Source: Gammaproteobacteria bacterium (lineage in GTDB: Bacteria; Pseudomonadota; Gammaproteobacteria; JAIEPX01). From it: 64,000 nucleotides of DNA. The stretch lies in NCBI GenBank assembly GCA_019748175.1, contig JAIEPX010000020.1, forward strand, positions 5,392-69,391, written 5' to 3'. Positions 1-9,729 of the stretch are shown in pieces. A program made the translations under genes and the position numbers. Within the stretch, counting starts at the first letter, position 1, and every line of letters begins with the position of its first letter. Under the pieces are notes generated by a model that was not told where the DNA came from, searched no databases, and was given only the letters and a program-made list of their open reading frames with translations.

Positions 1-549
1 TTGGATTGTGAATTTTCAATAGAAGCTCTTTTATTAAGAGTTAAATGTCAATCGTGTCTATGTGATTTTCAAAATGCATCCGATACAGTTTCGTTGATTC
101 AGAAATTAGGAGATAGAAGAGATGCCAGAATTGCAGTATCGTTGGCTGAGATAAAAAAATTCCAACTTGATGCGGCTCTAAGGCAGGCAGAAATCATTGC
201 CTTTCAGTCACAACATGAGCTGAATGATAAAGATACAATTAAAATGGCATTAAACCTGCGGCTACTTCATCAATATGAAAAGGCGCTATCTGTGTTGGAT
301 AGAGTAATGATGAATTGTGATGATGTTGATTTATTGGCCCCTGCTAAATTCATTCAAGCGGAGTGTTATTATTACATGCAACGCTATGGTGATGCTCAAG
401 AAAGCGCGGAGACGAGTAATCAATTAAAAGAACATGATAAAGTAAAGGAATTGCTCCGAAAAATTAAAGTAGCAGTATTTGTTCACTCAAATCTAGATGC
501 ATTATTTGCACACTTAGCCAATAGTCCACCTAGAACAATGATTTTTTAA
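1..549 (+). CDS. C-terminal fragment of a helical repeat (TPR-like) protein; 5' end lies outside the window
   Basis: Open from position 1. Alpha-helical amphipathic repeat pattern (e.g. ...ALRQAEIIAFQSQHEL..., ...AECYYYMQRYGDAQES...). No catalytic motif seen. Confidence 0.35.
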   Translation: MDCEFSIEALLLRVKCQSCLCDFQNASDTVSLIQKLGDRRDARIAVSLAEIKKFQLDAALRQAEIIAFQSQHELNDKDTIKMALNLRLLHQYEKALSVLDRVMMNCDDVDLLAPAKFIQAECYYYMQRYGDAQESAETSNQLKEHDKVKELLRKIKVAVFVHSNLDALFAHLANSPPRTMIF

Positions 550-1005
550 GTTAAACATAAAAAATTAACCTTCAATTCTATAGCAAGATAAAAATATACT
601 CAGCAATTCAATATTGCTATTGATGTCAAATTTTTCTTTGATTTTCATAATGTGATATTCAACGCTACGATTTGAAAAGTTTAAAACCCTCGCGATTTCT
701 TTCGCTGACATAATTAACTTCTAATGTTATTTGGGTAATCTCCTAGGTTACAGTTTATTTGTAATATATTGCTTTCCTAAAATCAGCATAAGCTGAATTA
801 TGAATGAAGTGGTACGAGTCTTAAACAGAGTATATTAGGTTCAAAAAACCACCGTATAAAATACGCAAACGACGAACATAATTCACATGATTAAATTAAC
901 ATATTTATTATAATTATATATTTCATGCTGAGGATAAAGCCATGCGAGATAGCAAAACAATAGGTGAGATTCTTGGGGCGATAACATCAAGTTTGAACGA
1001 ATAAG

Positions 1006-1773
1006 TTAGTCAATCTCGTTTTCTTTAATCCAATATGAGCTTTGCCAATCTATATGGACTATCTTTTCTTTTATATTATGTATTTTACGATAATAATCTG
1101 TGGCCTTTTTTTCATCACAAATGTCTAATCTATAATCATCTAAAACCACATAACCACCTATAGACAATTTAGGATATAATTGTTCCAAAGTCGTAAGTGT
1201 TGACTCATAAAAATCGCAATCTATTCTCAATATAGATAATGATTTTATTTTATCTGTTGGTAGAGTATCTTTAAACCACCCTTTCAAGAAAATAACGTTA
1301 TCAAACAGCAAATTGTATCGCGTGAAATTATCTCTAACGGTCTCTTCTGATATAAAAAGCCTATTCACATCCTCAACATTAGAATTATAATACATTTCTT
1401 TATCTAACTCTGTGTCAGGTATTGGTAATCCACAATAAGAATCTGCTAAAAACAATTTTTTATCTAATCTTCCTAATATGTATAGTATAGCCTGCATATA
1501 TATGGCACATCCACCTCTCCATACGCCACATTCAATTATATCACCATCGACCTTATTGTTTATGGTATTGAAAATAAACTGAAACATACTATCAAGGCGA
1601 GTAATGGTACACATTGAAAGCGCCCTGCCATGCCAGACATGTTGAAACACACGATCTGAAAAAGCGTCTTCCTTATTTTGCGTATCAACAACACCCTTGT
1701 CACAGCGTGTATTGAGTAAATCTAATACGCTGTTCTTGATGAGTTCCAGATAATCTAACTGAAATTGATTCAC
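1006..1773 (-). CDS. TylF/MycF/NovP-family SAM-dependent O-methyltransferase (macrocin-O-methyltransferase-like)
   Basis: Motif DIIECGVWRGGCAIYM matches the family hallmark (E-x-GV-x-x-GG). C-terminal LSILRIDCDFYEST matches the family (L-R-x-D-G-D-x-YEST-like). Size 255 aa. It is the 3'-most gene of a co-directional, tightly spaced operon. Confidence 0.6.
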   Translation of the reverse strand: MNQFQLDYLELIKNSVLDLLNTRCDKGVVDTQNKEDAFSDRVFQHVWHGRALSMCTITRLDSMFQFIFNTINNKVDGDIIECGVWRGGCAIYMQAILYILGRLDKKLFLADSYCGLPIPDTELDKEMYYNSNVEDVNRLFISEETVRDNFTRYNLLFDNVIFLKGWFKDTLPTDKIKSLSILRIDCDFYESTLTTLEQLYPKLSIGGYVVLDDYRLDICDEKKATDYYRKIHNIKEKIVHIDWQSSYWIKENEID

Positions 1774-1815
1774 TATAATGTATCCATTTTTTATAAGCGT
1801 ACAAAAAAGATTCGA

Positions 1816-2493
1816 TTAGCAAGGTTTCTCCAGCAGATCTATATAATCTAATACTTGAATAATATCATATAAAGCTTCGTAATAACCTAGATCATTAAAA
1901 GCGTTAAGGGTTGTATTCCCCGTCAGAATAGGCAGAAAGTCGACCTTAGAGTATGTTGCTACTTTAGCATCAACAATGTTATCGCCCACATATAATATAT
2001 TCTCTGCAGGTACATTCATATGCTGTATAATCTTGTTCATACCTTCGGTGTTTGGCTTATGCTTTAACACATCTTCTCCCCCTATAATACAATCGACAAA
2101 ATGTAAGAGATCATTATCTTCTAAAACTTGACTAATTGTTTCTCTGAGCTTGGTTGATAAAATAGCCACTTTGATTTGGCTATTCTTTAATGATGAAAAC
2201 AATACCCCAACATTGTTATAGACTACCGTACTTTTCCGCATTACTCTACTTGACATAGTTAAAAAATGTTTGACAAATTCAGGTATTTTATCATCTGTTT
2301 CACTACTATGTAACGTATTAAATGTACTAGCAAGATCAAGCCCTATAGTGTTTATAATATCTTCTTTGGGCGGAATCTTTAAGTTTAAAAATCTTGAAGC
2401 ATATTGAATAGACTTAACTATCCCCTTAGAGGAATCAGCTAAGGTAAAATCAAAGTCAAAAATTACTAACTCTTTGGTCATCTTACTAAGCAT
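1816..2493 (-). CDS. HAD-superfamily hydrolase (phosphatase, PGP-like)
   Basis: Motif I VIFDFDFTLADS (DxDxT). Motif III lysine region GGEDVLKHKPN. Motif IV YVGDNIVDAK. Confidence 0.7.
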   Translation of the reverse strand: MLSKMTKELVIFDFDFTLADSSKGIVKSIQYASRFLNLKIPPKEDIINTIGLDLASTFNTLHSSETDDKIPEFVKHFLTMSSRVMRKSTVVYNNVGVLFSSLKNSQIKVAILSTKLRETISQVLEDNDLLHFVDCIIGGEDVLKHKPNTEGMNKIIQHMNVPAENILYVGDNIVDAKVATYSKVDFLPILTGNTTLNAFNDLGYYEALYDIIQVLDYIDLLEKPC

Positions 2494-2505
2494 GCCATAT
2501 AACCC

Positions 2506-3363
2506 TTAGTATGTAACGTCACCGATGATACTAGTTCTATAGAGCAGCCTTTGAAGCTCGATAGGCGTATGAGTACCTCGATGTATAAGTGATGCATTAT
2601 CCCATATTAGTAAATCTCCTTCTAGCCACTTATGAGTATATATGAATTTCTCCTGCACTGAGTGGTCATTCAGTTGAGTTAATAAACTACGGTTTTCGTG
2701 TATATCATCCCCAATTATCTCCTTTATCGTCAGTTGGTTTAGGTAAAGGCTCTTCTTATTATTATGCGGATGTATTCTCACAATGGGGTGAACAACCTCT
2801 GGAAAAAATTCATCTAGATTGTCCTCGTATTTATTATTCCTTAATTCTTTAAATTGATGGCCGAAAGAGTGTATTGCTTTCAAACCAGCGATTTTATTCT
2901 TAACACTATCTGATAAACTGTTATAGGCAGCTCTCATATCTGAAAACATTGTGTCTCCCCCAATAGCGGGTCTTATTTTAGAATGGAGTATCGTATATTT
3001 TGATGGTCGACTTAAGAATGAATTGTCAGTATGCCAAATTTGGGCTGAACTTTTATAATCATAATTTTTTAATCCAATATTTGAAATCATATGCACATGC
3101 TCATTTTCTTGGCTGCGATCCTTCTTATCCCAAGTTATTTCCAGGTCACCAAACATTGAAGATACTTTTATCAAATCGGATTGAGATAAACACTGATTTC
3201 GAAATACTAAAATGTGATAATCATCCAGCAATTTTGTAAACATGCTTGCAAATCGTTCAGCTTCACTATTTAATAAATTACATCCTTTAATCTCTATGCA
3301 GTACCCAGATCCTAACATACTGCTTCTATATGGAAGCTTCGGTTTTGTACATTTAACATCCAT
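2506..3363 (-). CDS. TauD/TfdA-family Fe(II)/2-oxoglutarate-dependent dioxygenase
   Basis: HxD iron triad motif WHTDNSF. Distal His plus Arg in LIHRGTH near the C-terminus. Size about 285 aa. Start may be the internal Met (MLGSGY...), which would remove the 11-nt overlap with the upstream kinase gene. Confidence 0.6.
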   Translation of the reverse strand: MDVKCTKPKLPYRSSMLGSGYCIEIKGCNLLNSEAERFASMFTKLLDDYHILVFRNQCLSQSDLIKVSSMFGDLEITWDKKDRSQENEHVHMISNIGLKNYDYKSSAQIWHTDNSFLSRPSKYTILHSKIRPAIGGDTMFSDMRAAYNSLSDSVKNKIAGLKAIHSFGHQFKELRNNKYEDNLDEFFPEVVHPIVRIHPHNNKKSLYLNQLTIKEIIGDDIHENRSLLTQLNDHSVQEKFIYTHKWLEGDLLIWDNASLIHRGTHTPIELQRLLYRTSIIGDVTY

Positions 3364-3982
3364 AGATCAAATTCGTGTGAATAGCGACTACCTTGCTTTT
3401 AAGCTGAGTTACATTATCGTGAAAATGAGAATCCGATACTACAAAGTCTGCAATGTCTTTATAAGGCGACACATAATTCTCAAACATAGGCTTAATTTTG
3501 GACTCGTATCGACTTAACCCATATTCGACTACGTCAATTCCTCTGCATTTTAAATCTCGATTTAACCTGCGGGATAAGCATATATCTAACGGGGTATCAA
3601 TATATACTTTAATTGTAAACATCTTCGCCAACAAGGAATTCGTCATCAGTAACAAACCATCAACAAGTATGATTGGATTCGGCATAATTTTTTCAGCTTC
3701 TTCCACTCTCAACAATGTTGAAAAATCAAACTTTGGGCTTAAGATTGGAGTTTTTTCACAATACAGTTGTTTTAATTGCGTTATAAGTAATGTATGGTCT
3801 AGAGAGCTTGGGTGATCATAATCAATGTTTCTTCTTTCCTCATATGAAAGCTGATTAGAATTATGATAATAATTATCTTCTTTCAAACATGAACACCCAA
3901 CTTCATTTAATTGTGTTGCCAGAAGGTCCAGGAAAGTTGATTTTCCTGAACCACTGGCGCCGTAAATGGCTACCATAACCAT
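3353..3982 (-). CDS. Uridine/cytidine kinase family (Udk/PRK-type P-loop nucleoside kinase)
   Basis: Walker A IYGASGSGKST. Family motifs EDNYYH...YDHPSSLDHTLL and IKVYIDTPLDICLSRRLNRDLKCRG, resembling Udk D-x-YY...DHPDAFD..LL and DTPLDIRLARRLKRD. Confidence 0.75.
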   Translation of the reverse strand: MVMVAIYGASGSGKSTFLDLLATQLNEVGCSCLKEDNYYHNSNQLSYEERRNIDYDHPSSLDHTLLITQLKQLYCEKTPILSPKFDFSTLLRVEEAEKIMPNPIILVDGLLLMTNSLLAKMFTIKVYIDTPLDICLSRRLNRDLKCRGIDVVEYGLSRYESKIKPMFENYVSPYKDIADFVVSDSHFHDNVTQLKSKVVAIHTNLIYGC

Positions 3983-4004
3983 ACTAATAGCTCACAATTT
4001 ACAT

Positions 4005-4754
4005 CTAATTATTCAGTCCAAAACCTGATTGATGATCATGTTGATGCTGATCCTGAGGAGTTTTGCTGCTATGACTAGAAGCAAGTATTGGAGAATCATG
4101 ACGTATGGAAGCTGTTGAAGTACTGCTTTGTGCAAGTGATCTAATCATCTTAACCTTTTCAATTAATCGCGGATCAGAATTAACCAATAACTGCATAGGT
4201 TCATCACGTTCAAACTGTGTAGTTAAGTACCGAATCATACCAGGAAAGACAAAATCAGTTGCAGCTATTGGTAAAGGTGCCTTGATTTCCATCGATGTTA
4301 TTTTCTCTACCGCTTCTTTCAAATCTTCGACAACCACAACACTAGGATTTTTAACAAATGGATGAGTCCACCCCACAAGATCTTGCCCCAAACATTCTAC
4401 CTTCTTTGGTTTATAATGAGTTCCAGTAGGAGTCCAGCTTACAACTGGAACAGCTTTAAAGTTTGCGAAAGCCATTTCGTATCCAACACCTATCCCTCTT
4501 CTTTCCCTGCAGTCCGCTAATACGCAATCACTCAGATAAACTTGCAGCATATCACGACCAAACAAAGATAACTCATCTGATAAATCATCTGTTCGATGTG
4601 CGGGATTTAGAAAGCCTACTGTAACATCTTTTTCAGCCATCAGAGTCCTTAGTTGTTCTAAATGAAAATCGGTCCAATAAGAATTCTCTTCAGCAGAATT
4701 GCTTTTTTTAATACTACCTGACATATACAGAAATATCGATCTAGCTTTTTTCAT
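4005..4754 (-). CDS. Nucleoside 2-deoxyribosyltransferase-like fold protein (NDT, DNPH1/Rcl, MilB/BlsM-type N-glycosidase or transferase superfamily)
   Basis: N-terminal IFLYMSGSI resembles the YLAGP motif. Central CVLADCRERRGIGVGYEMAFANFKAVPVV resembles the NDT core (vvAnl..D.GT.fEiGyA.a.gKPVv). C-terminal about 90 aa is low-complexity (S/T/Q/H-rich). Confidence 0.5.
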   Translation of the reverse strand: MKKARSIFLYMSGSIKKSNSAEENSYWTDFHLEQLRTLMAEKDVTVGFLNPAHRTDDLSDELSLFGRDMLQVYLSDCVLADCRERRGIGVGYEMAFANFKAVPVVSWTPTGTHYKPKKVECLGQDLVGWTHPFVKNPSVVVVEDLKEAVEKITSMEIKAPLPIAATDFVFPGMIRYLTTQFERDEPMQLLVNSDPRLIEKVKMIRSLAQSSTSTASIRHDSPILASSHSSKTPQDQHQHDHQSGFGLNN

Positions 4755-4830
4755 ATATTACTCCTTTCAAAATAAATAATAATATGCTCGATTATATTCA
4801 TAATCGGGCTTGCCAAAAACAATTAAACTA

Positions 4831-5499
4831 TCAATCTACCCACCAATCAACCACAGGATCTTGTAGCTTTGCTGGTGTGATATACCGAGGCGCCTCATTA
4901 GGAGATTCAAAGATGTCTTCTCTAAAGTAAGTTCGCCCCGTCTCATTAAAGTGCTCTCTAATACTGTTACGAAGCTCAGGATTACTACCACGAGAAATAC
5001 CATGTTTGGCAAATGAAAACTCGGGTTGAAACAATATATATACTTTATTCGAGTCTGAAGCATTTCTTGAGTGATTTTCATCATAACAAGGAGCAAATGC
5101 TTTCACGAATAACCGCATATTTAAAAACGTGAATTGCCACTTCTTATCATTTACCTTTTTAGCGAGTGAATTGCCTTTTGAAGGGTCATTTTGGGATAAT
5201 ATAGATAATGCTTCCTTTGTGGTCTCAGCTAAGCTTTCTACTGAAGTACCGTATTCTGGTGGCATTGCGATGATGTATCCATCTAAATCTTTCTGATCCG
5301 CACTCTGAATAAACATTTCTAATGAAGGAATAATACTTAAGAGATTTTCCGTCAAACTTAAATGATTATTCCATTCAGGGCTGCCCCAGATTTTAGCTTT
5401 GGGAGCAAATGGACATCCTTGCATTTGAACTTTCTTAAATTCCTCCAAACAACCCGCATCCCCCGGGTCAAAACTAGCCTTATCACAAACAGCGTTCAT
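4831..5499 (-). CDS. Hypothetical protein, first gene of the minus-strand operon
   Basis: ORF 4831..5553. The internal Met (MNAVCDKASF...) is preferred as start. No recognisable motif. Co-directional with and 76 nt upstream of the NDT-like gene. Confidence 0.3.
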   Translation of the reverse strand: MNAVCDKASFDPGDAGCLEEFKKVQMQGCPFAPKAKIWGSPEWNNHLSLTENLLSIIPSLEMFIQSADQKDLDGYIIAMPPEYGTSVESLAETTKEALSILSQNDPSKGNSLAKKVNDKKWQFTFLNMRLFVKAFAPCYDENHSRNASDSNKVYILFQPEFSFAKHGISRGSNPELRNSIREHFNETGRTYFREDIFESPNEAPRYITPAKLQDPVVDWWVD

Positions 5500-5808
5500 A
5501 GAAACCTCCTTGGTTAGAAACTTGTATTTTACACAAAAATGCTTTTTCGTCAACTCGACTTTAATTTCGACATTGACACAAAGGGTACGTACACGAAATT
5601 AAAGCGCGATCTCGTTTTGTTCTCGCATGATAACTTGTGAATTCCAATCTGTAGATCTACTCATTGAATTAATATTGAAAATATAACTCTGTTTCTATGT
5701 TAATTTTTTTTCTTTACAGATCTTCAAGCATATGTTATTAATCAAAATACTAATTTACTCATTATTTTTCACAATAGTTAGAAATTTGATTGTGAGAGGA
5801 GAGTTAAG

Positions 5809-6633
5809 ATGAGCAAAAGTTCAGGGGTGAATTTAAGCAAGAATATAGCTATAAATCACAGCAGTATTGTTTCTGAAATATGTGAATCATTAAGTAAAGA
5901 TTTACAATTAACCTATTTCAATTATGTAAAACTCTATCCTGATGGTAAAAGAGCTCTTTTAACCAATCGACCCGAATGGCTGGAAGTGTTTTATGCGAAT
6001 GAGTTGTACAAACTTCCAGAAGTAAAAACAATAGAAAATCATCAGATTGGAGACTATCAACTTTGGGCAACTTATAGTGATCAATCTTCATTCGAAATTG
6101 CTAGTCAAGAACATAATATAGCAAACGGGATAACAATATCGATATCATTGCCTAATAATATCACTGAGCTATATTACTTTGGAACAACTCGTAATAATTA
6201 CCATATGCAAAATGTGTATCTTAACAACATTGATTCACTAGAGAGCTTTATTCGATATTTTAAAAACACAGGTGAAAAAATCATTGCACTCGCTGAATCT
6301 AATCTAATTGTTACTGAGCCAGAACCAAAGATCGAATTATTAGATATGGCATATATCAATGAAAAAATTGAAGAATTCATGAGCGAGTGCAAGGTGTCAA
6401 GTTATACTATTAATGCTAATGGTGTGAAGACGAAAATTACAAAAAATGAAGCGCAGTTCATTCGAGAGCTCGCCACAAACTTGTCTATCAGTGAAATTGC
6501 GCTACGGCTAAACAAATCAAAAAGAACAGCTGATGACTACGTGGAAAGGATAAAAGATAAATTTATGAGTGATAATATATCTCAACTAAGAAAAATAATC
6601 GCTCAAAATAAACTTGGAGATAAGTTGTATTAA
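5809..6633 (+). CDS. LuxR-family transcriptional regulator (C-terminal HTH) with uncharacterised N-terminal domain, no receiver domain
   Basis: C-terminal EAQFIRELATNLSISEIALRLNKSKRTADDYVERIKDKF is a LuxR/GerE-type HTH. Good RBS GAGAGGAGAG 7 nt upstream of ATG. 255-bp AT-rich promoter region upstream. Confidence 0.65.
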   Translation: MSKSSGVNLSKNIAINHSSIVSEICESLSKDLQLTYFNYVKLYPDGKRALLTNRPEWLEVFYANELYKLPEVKTIENHQIGDYQLWATYSDQSSFEIASQEHNIANGITISISLPNNITELYYFGTTRNNYHMQNVYLNNIDSLESFIRYFKNTGEKIIALAESNLIVTEPEPKIELLDMAYINEKIEEFMSECKVSSYTINANGVKTKITKNEAQFIRELATNLSISEIALRLNKSKRTADDYVERIKDKFMSDNISQLRKIIAQNKLGDKLY

Positions 6634-6645
6634 ATTATACAGCTA

Positions 6646-9600
6646 ATGAGTGATAAAATGCGACTAGCTGATTTAAAATTAGGATGCAATAATAATTTGC
6701 TTAATCATATATTAAAGTACTCAAAAATTTCACCTGACAAGACTGCGTTAACTTTCATTGATGACAACAACGAAATTTCTTATACATATGATGAACTATA
6801 TAAAAATATATGTGAACTCTCAGATAAATTGAAATTATATGGTCTTAGTGATTCTACGGCTATTCTTGCATTTAAACCATCAATTGAGTTTGTCATAGCC
6901 TATCTAGCATGTATCAAAGAAAAAATATTGGTTGGAGTTTGCCCAGCAATATCTACAAATAATATGATAAACGTAAACAAATATATTGATTTTTTAACTC
7001 AGGAGCTAAAGACAAGCATCATTATCGTTAATAATGATTCAAAAGACTACATCAACTTGTCGAATGTTAATTTGATAATTTTAAATGATCTTATCTCAAA
7101 TTACAATCGGAAAACTCTCGGCGCTGTAGATATAAATGTGACGGAAGACCAGAATATTCATATATTATACACGTCTGGATCAACCTCAAAACCAAAAGGT
7201 GTTATAGCTACAGAAAGCCAATTGCTATACAACATTAATTACACATCAAAGGTTTGGGGTTTCGATGAGTTAAGTACCAGCCTAACTATCGGTAATCATT
7301 ATCATGCTGCAACTATTGTAGCAGGTATTTTGTTACCATTAGTAAAAGGTGGGAGATGCATTATAATGCCAACTCAGTCCGTTTTAGATGACTCATCACA
7401 ATGGTTGCGGGTAATTTCTAAATACGGAGTAACACATGCTGGCGGCCCCCCTTATTTATATAAACTGTGCATCGATAATATAAAGCTTTTATCAACGGAT
7501 TCAACTCTGAAAAAATGGAAGGTTGCGTTTATCGGTAGTGAGGTTGTTTCTTACTCATTAATAAAGAAATTTTCAACTTTATACAGTAAATATGGTTTTG
7601 ATTACAATAATTTCTGTGTTAGTTATGGGATGACAGAAAGTAATGGATTAATATGTAGCACACCTCGCGACACACCACCTACTACGCAAAAAATTCGTAT
7701 AAATAGAGGGTTAAAGACATTCATGGGTTGCGGAAAAGCATCCCATGGAACACACGTATTAATAGTGAATAATTCAAAGGTGCTTAAGGATAAACAGATT
7801 GGAAAGATATATGTCAATAGCAGTTCGATATTAACTGACTACCACAATAGGTCTGATTCACAATTTTTGTATTATCAATCAAAGCGTTATTTCGACACAC
7901 AAGATTTGGGTTTTAAGAAGAATGGTGTGTTATATGTTATAGGTAGATCTGACAGGACTATAATAGTTAGCGGTCAAAATTATAATTTAGATGTCCTAGA
8001 GCAGGACATGCAATCAAATATTTGTCAAAAATACCATGTTATTAGCACTATTGCGAATTACAATGATTCTAAATTAGTTTTGATTTTAGTTTTCGATAAA
8101 GACAATGATATTGATATGATAGAATTATTTAATCAAGTCAGGATGTATTTGTTTACGTTTTATAGTGGTATAATAATCTCCGATATATACGTTATCCTCC
8201 ATGATGATTTACCCTACTCACAAAATAGAAAACTTCCAAAATTGAAAATTCTTTATATGATTAATGAGAAACATATTATTCCACTAAGACACTTCAGTAT
8301 ATCCACTCCAAGCTGTATAATTGAAAAAATCCTATTATTGTCAAATAAGGTAAGAAAAAATGAAACGCTCTCAGATAGCGAAGTTTTGTCTCTAAAAGAA
8401 TTATTAACATTGGACTCTATTCATTACGCCAATCTTATATATCAGTTAGAAAACATTTTTAATTTACGGTTAAAACTTACAGATATACTGAGTGCCAAAA
8501 CCATTGGTGACTTAATAATAAGTTTGGGTTTTGTTCCCTCAAAAAAACAAAGTGTTACTCTTCAAGCAAAGCCTTGTATAGTTAAGCCGCAATCGAATTA
8601 TGATACTAAAATGCCAAGATTAGATGAGAAAGGATCAACGTGTAACATACTATTAACTGGTGCTTTAGGTTTTATTGGTTCCCACCTGCTAAAGTTTTTG
8701 AGTCAGAACAAAGATAATAATATTTACTGCTTAATTAGAGAAAATAAAAGAACCACGTTTTTTTGCTATTTTTGTAATTCCACTAAAATATGTAATTGCA
8801 AAAATGAGCTAGAAAAAAACAATGTTACATTAATTGCCGGGGATACTGAACTAAAGAATTTTGGAATGAGTATTAAAAAATGGAGAAATCTATGTAATAA
8901 AATTGATGTTATATTTCATATGTCAGAATATGTTAATCACTTTGAAAAATTTGACTCTCTGTGGGCTATATATTCAGCGTCGTTAGATAATGTGCTGCAA
9001 TTTGCTTTTGCTTATAAACCTAAGAAATTAAACTACTTGTCCAGCTTGCCTGTTAATAATATATTAGAGCAAGTCACCACCTTTAATGAATTATTTGAAA
9101 GCCAACAGCTTAGGTGTAATTATTCAGGATACCTGCTTTGCAAGGCTGCTACAGAGTTAATTTTAAGAGACATATCTTCTAAGCACATTGCAATATCAAT
9201 ATTCCGTTTAGGCCAAGTTACATCTACTCTAGAAAAATTTGTGATTAATCAAAAAGATATATTCCATCAGTTGCTGCGATTGATTGCGATGACTGAAAAT
9301 TTGCCATTATCTAGAGCATTATATGTCAACGCTATTCCAATTGATGTATTAGTGGAGAGTATAATTCTACAGAACTTACAACCTATTTATCACAATGAAA
9401 ATTATTTTATATATAATATTTTCAACCCAGTAGAAAAAAATCTCAATCAATTATTCGATATAAATAATAACCCTACTAAAAAAGAAATTTCTTTTTTACA
9501 ATGGATTTCTGAAGCGCAGAAACATTTAAAGCACTTTAATGAGCCTATACGTAGAGTTATTTCTGAGCTATTATCAAATGATAGTAACTCACCGATAAAT

Positions 9601-9729
9601 TTTACAAAATATTTCATGACATATGCTGAATACCAAAATTCGTTATCGGTTATTGCGATGGGTGATGAGAAAGATGCTCTTAACATTTATGATATGTTGC
9701 TAACTAACATTAAGGATTATTTGCTATGA
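6646..9729 (+). CDS. Stand-alone adenylation (FAAL/AMP-binding), carrier protein, thioester reductase enzyme (NRPS-like or carboxylic-acid-reductase-like), 1027 aa
   Basis: A3 motif YTSGSTSKPKGV. A5 YGMTESNG. A7/A8 region YFDTQDLGF...IGRSDRTIIVSGQNY. Carrier-like LTLDSIHYANLIYQLENIF. Rossmann motif of TR domain ILLTGALGFIGSHLL. YxxxK in YLLCK. An unusual Cys-rich insertion FCYFCNSTKICNCKN sits inside the reductase domain. Confidence 0.8.
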   Translation: MSDKMRLADLKLGCNNNLLNHILKYSKISPDKTALTFIDDNNEISYTYDELYKNICELSDKLKLYGLSDSTAILAFKPSIEFVIAYLACIKEKILVGVCPAISTNNMINVNKYIDFLTQELKTSIIIVNNDSKDYINLSNVNLIILNDLISNYNRKTLGAVDINVTEDQNIHILYTSGSTSKPKGVIATESQLLYNINYTSKVWGFDELSTSLTIGNHYHAATIVAGILLPLVKGGRCIIMPTQSVLDDSSQWLRVISKYGVTHAGGPPYLYKLCIDNIKLLSTDSTLKKWKVAFIGSEVVSYSLIKKFSTLYSKYGFDYNNFCVSYGMTESNGLICSTPRDTPPTTQKIRINRGLKTFMGCGKASHGTHVLIVNNSKVLKDKQIGKIYVNSSSILTDYHNRSDSQFLYYQSKRYFDTQDLGFKKNGVLYVIGRSDRTIIVSGQNYNLDVLEQDMQSNICQKYHVISTIANYNDSKLVLILVFDKDNDIDMIELFNQVRMYLFTFYSGIIISDIYVILHDDLPYSQNRKLPKLKILYMINEKHIIPLRHFSISTPSCIIEKILLLSNKVRKNETLSDSEVLSLKELLTLDSIHYANLIYQLENIFNLRLKLTDILSAKTIGDLIISLGFVPSKKQSVTLQAKPCIVKPQSNYDTKMPRLDEKGSTCNILLTGALGFIGSHLLKFLSQNKDNNIYCLIRENKRTTFFCYFCNSTKICNCKNELEKNNVTLIAGDTELKNFGMSIKKWRNLCNKIDVIFHMSEYVNHFEKFDSLWAIYSASLDNVLQFAFAYKPKKLNYLSSLPVNNILEQVTTFNELFESQQLRCNYSGYLLCKAATELILRDISSKHIAISIFRLGQVTSTLEKFVINQKDIFHQLLRLIAMTENLPLSRALYVNAIPIDVLVESIILQNLQPIYHNENYFIYNIFNPVEKNLNQLFDINNNPTKKEISFLQWISEAQKHLKHFNEPIRRVISELLSNDSNSPINFTKYFMTYAEYQNSLSVIAMGDEKDALNIYDMLLTNIKDYLL

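Noticed and set aside
3000-3815. Plus-strand ORFs of 79-105 aa (3000-3239, 3242-3517, 3498-3815) and similar short ORFs elsewhere (4105-4365, 6198-6392, 7623-7817, 9447-9686, 11663-11908, 18550-19213, 20168-20359, 23330-23840 and others)
   Set aside because: They lie entirely inside longer ORFs on the opposite strand or another frame that have clear family motifs. They are low-complexity or odd in composition and are typical shadow ORFs.
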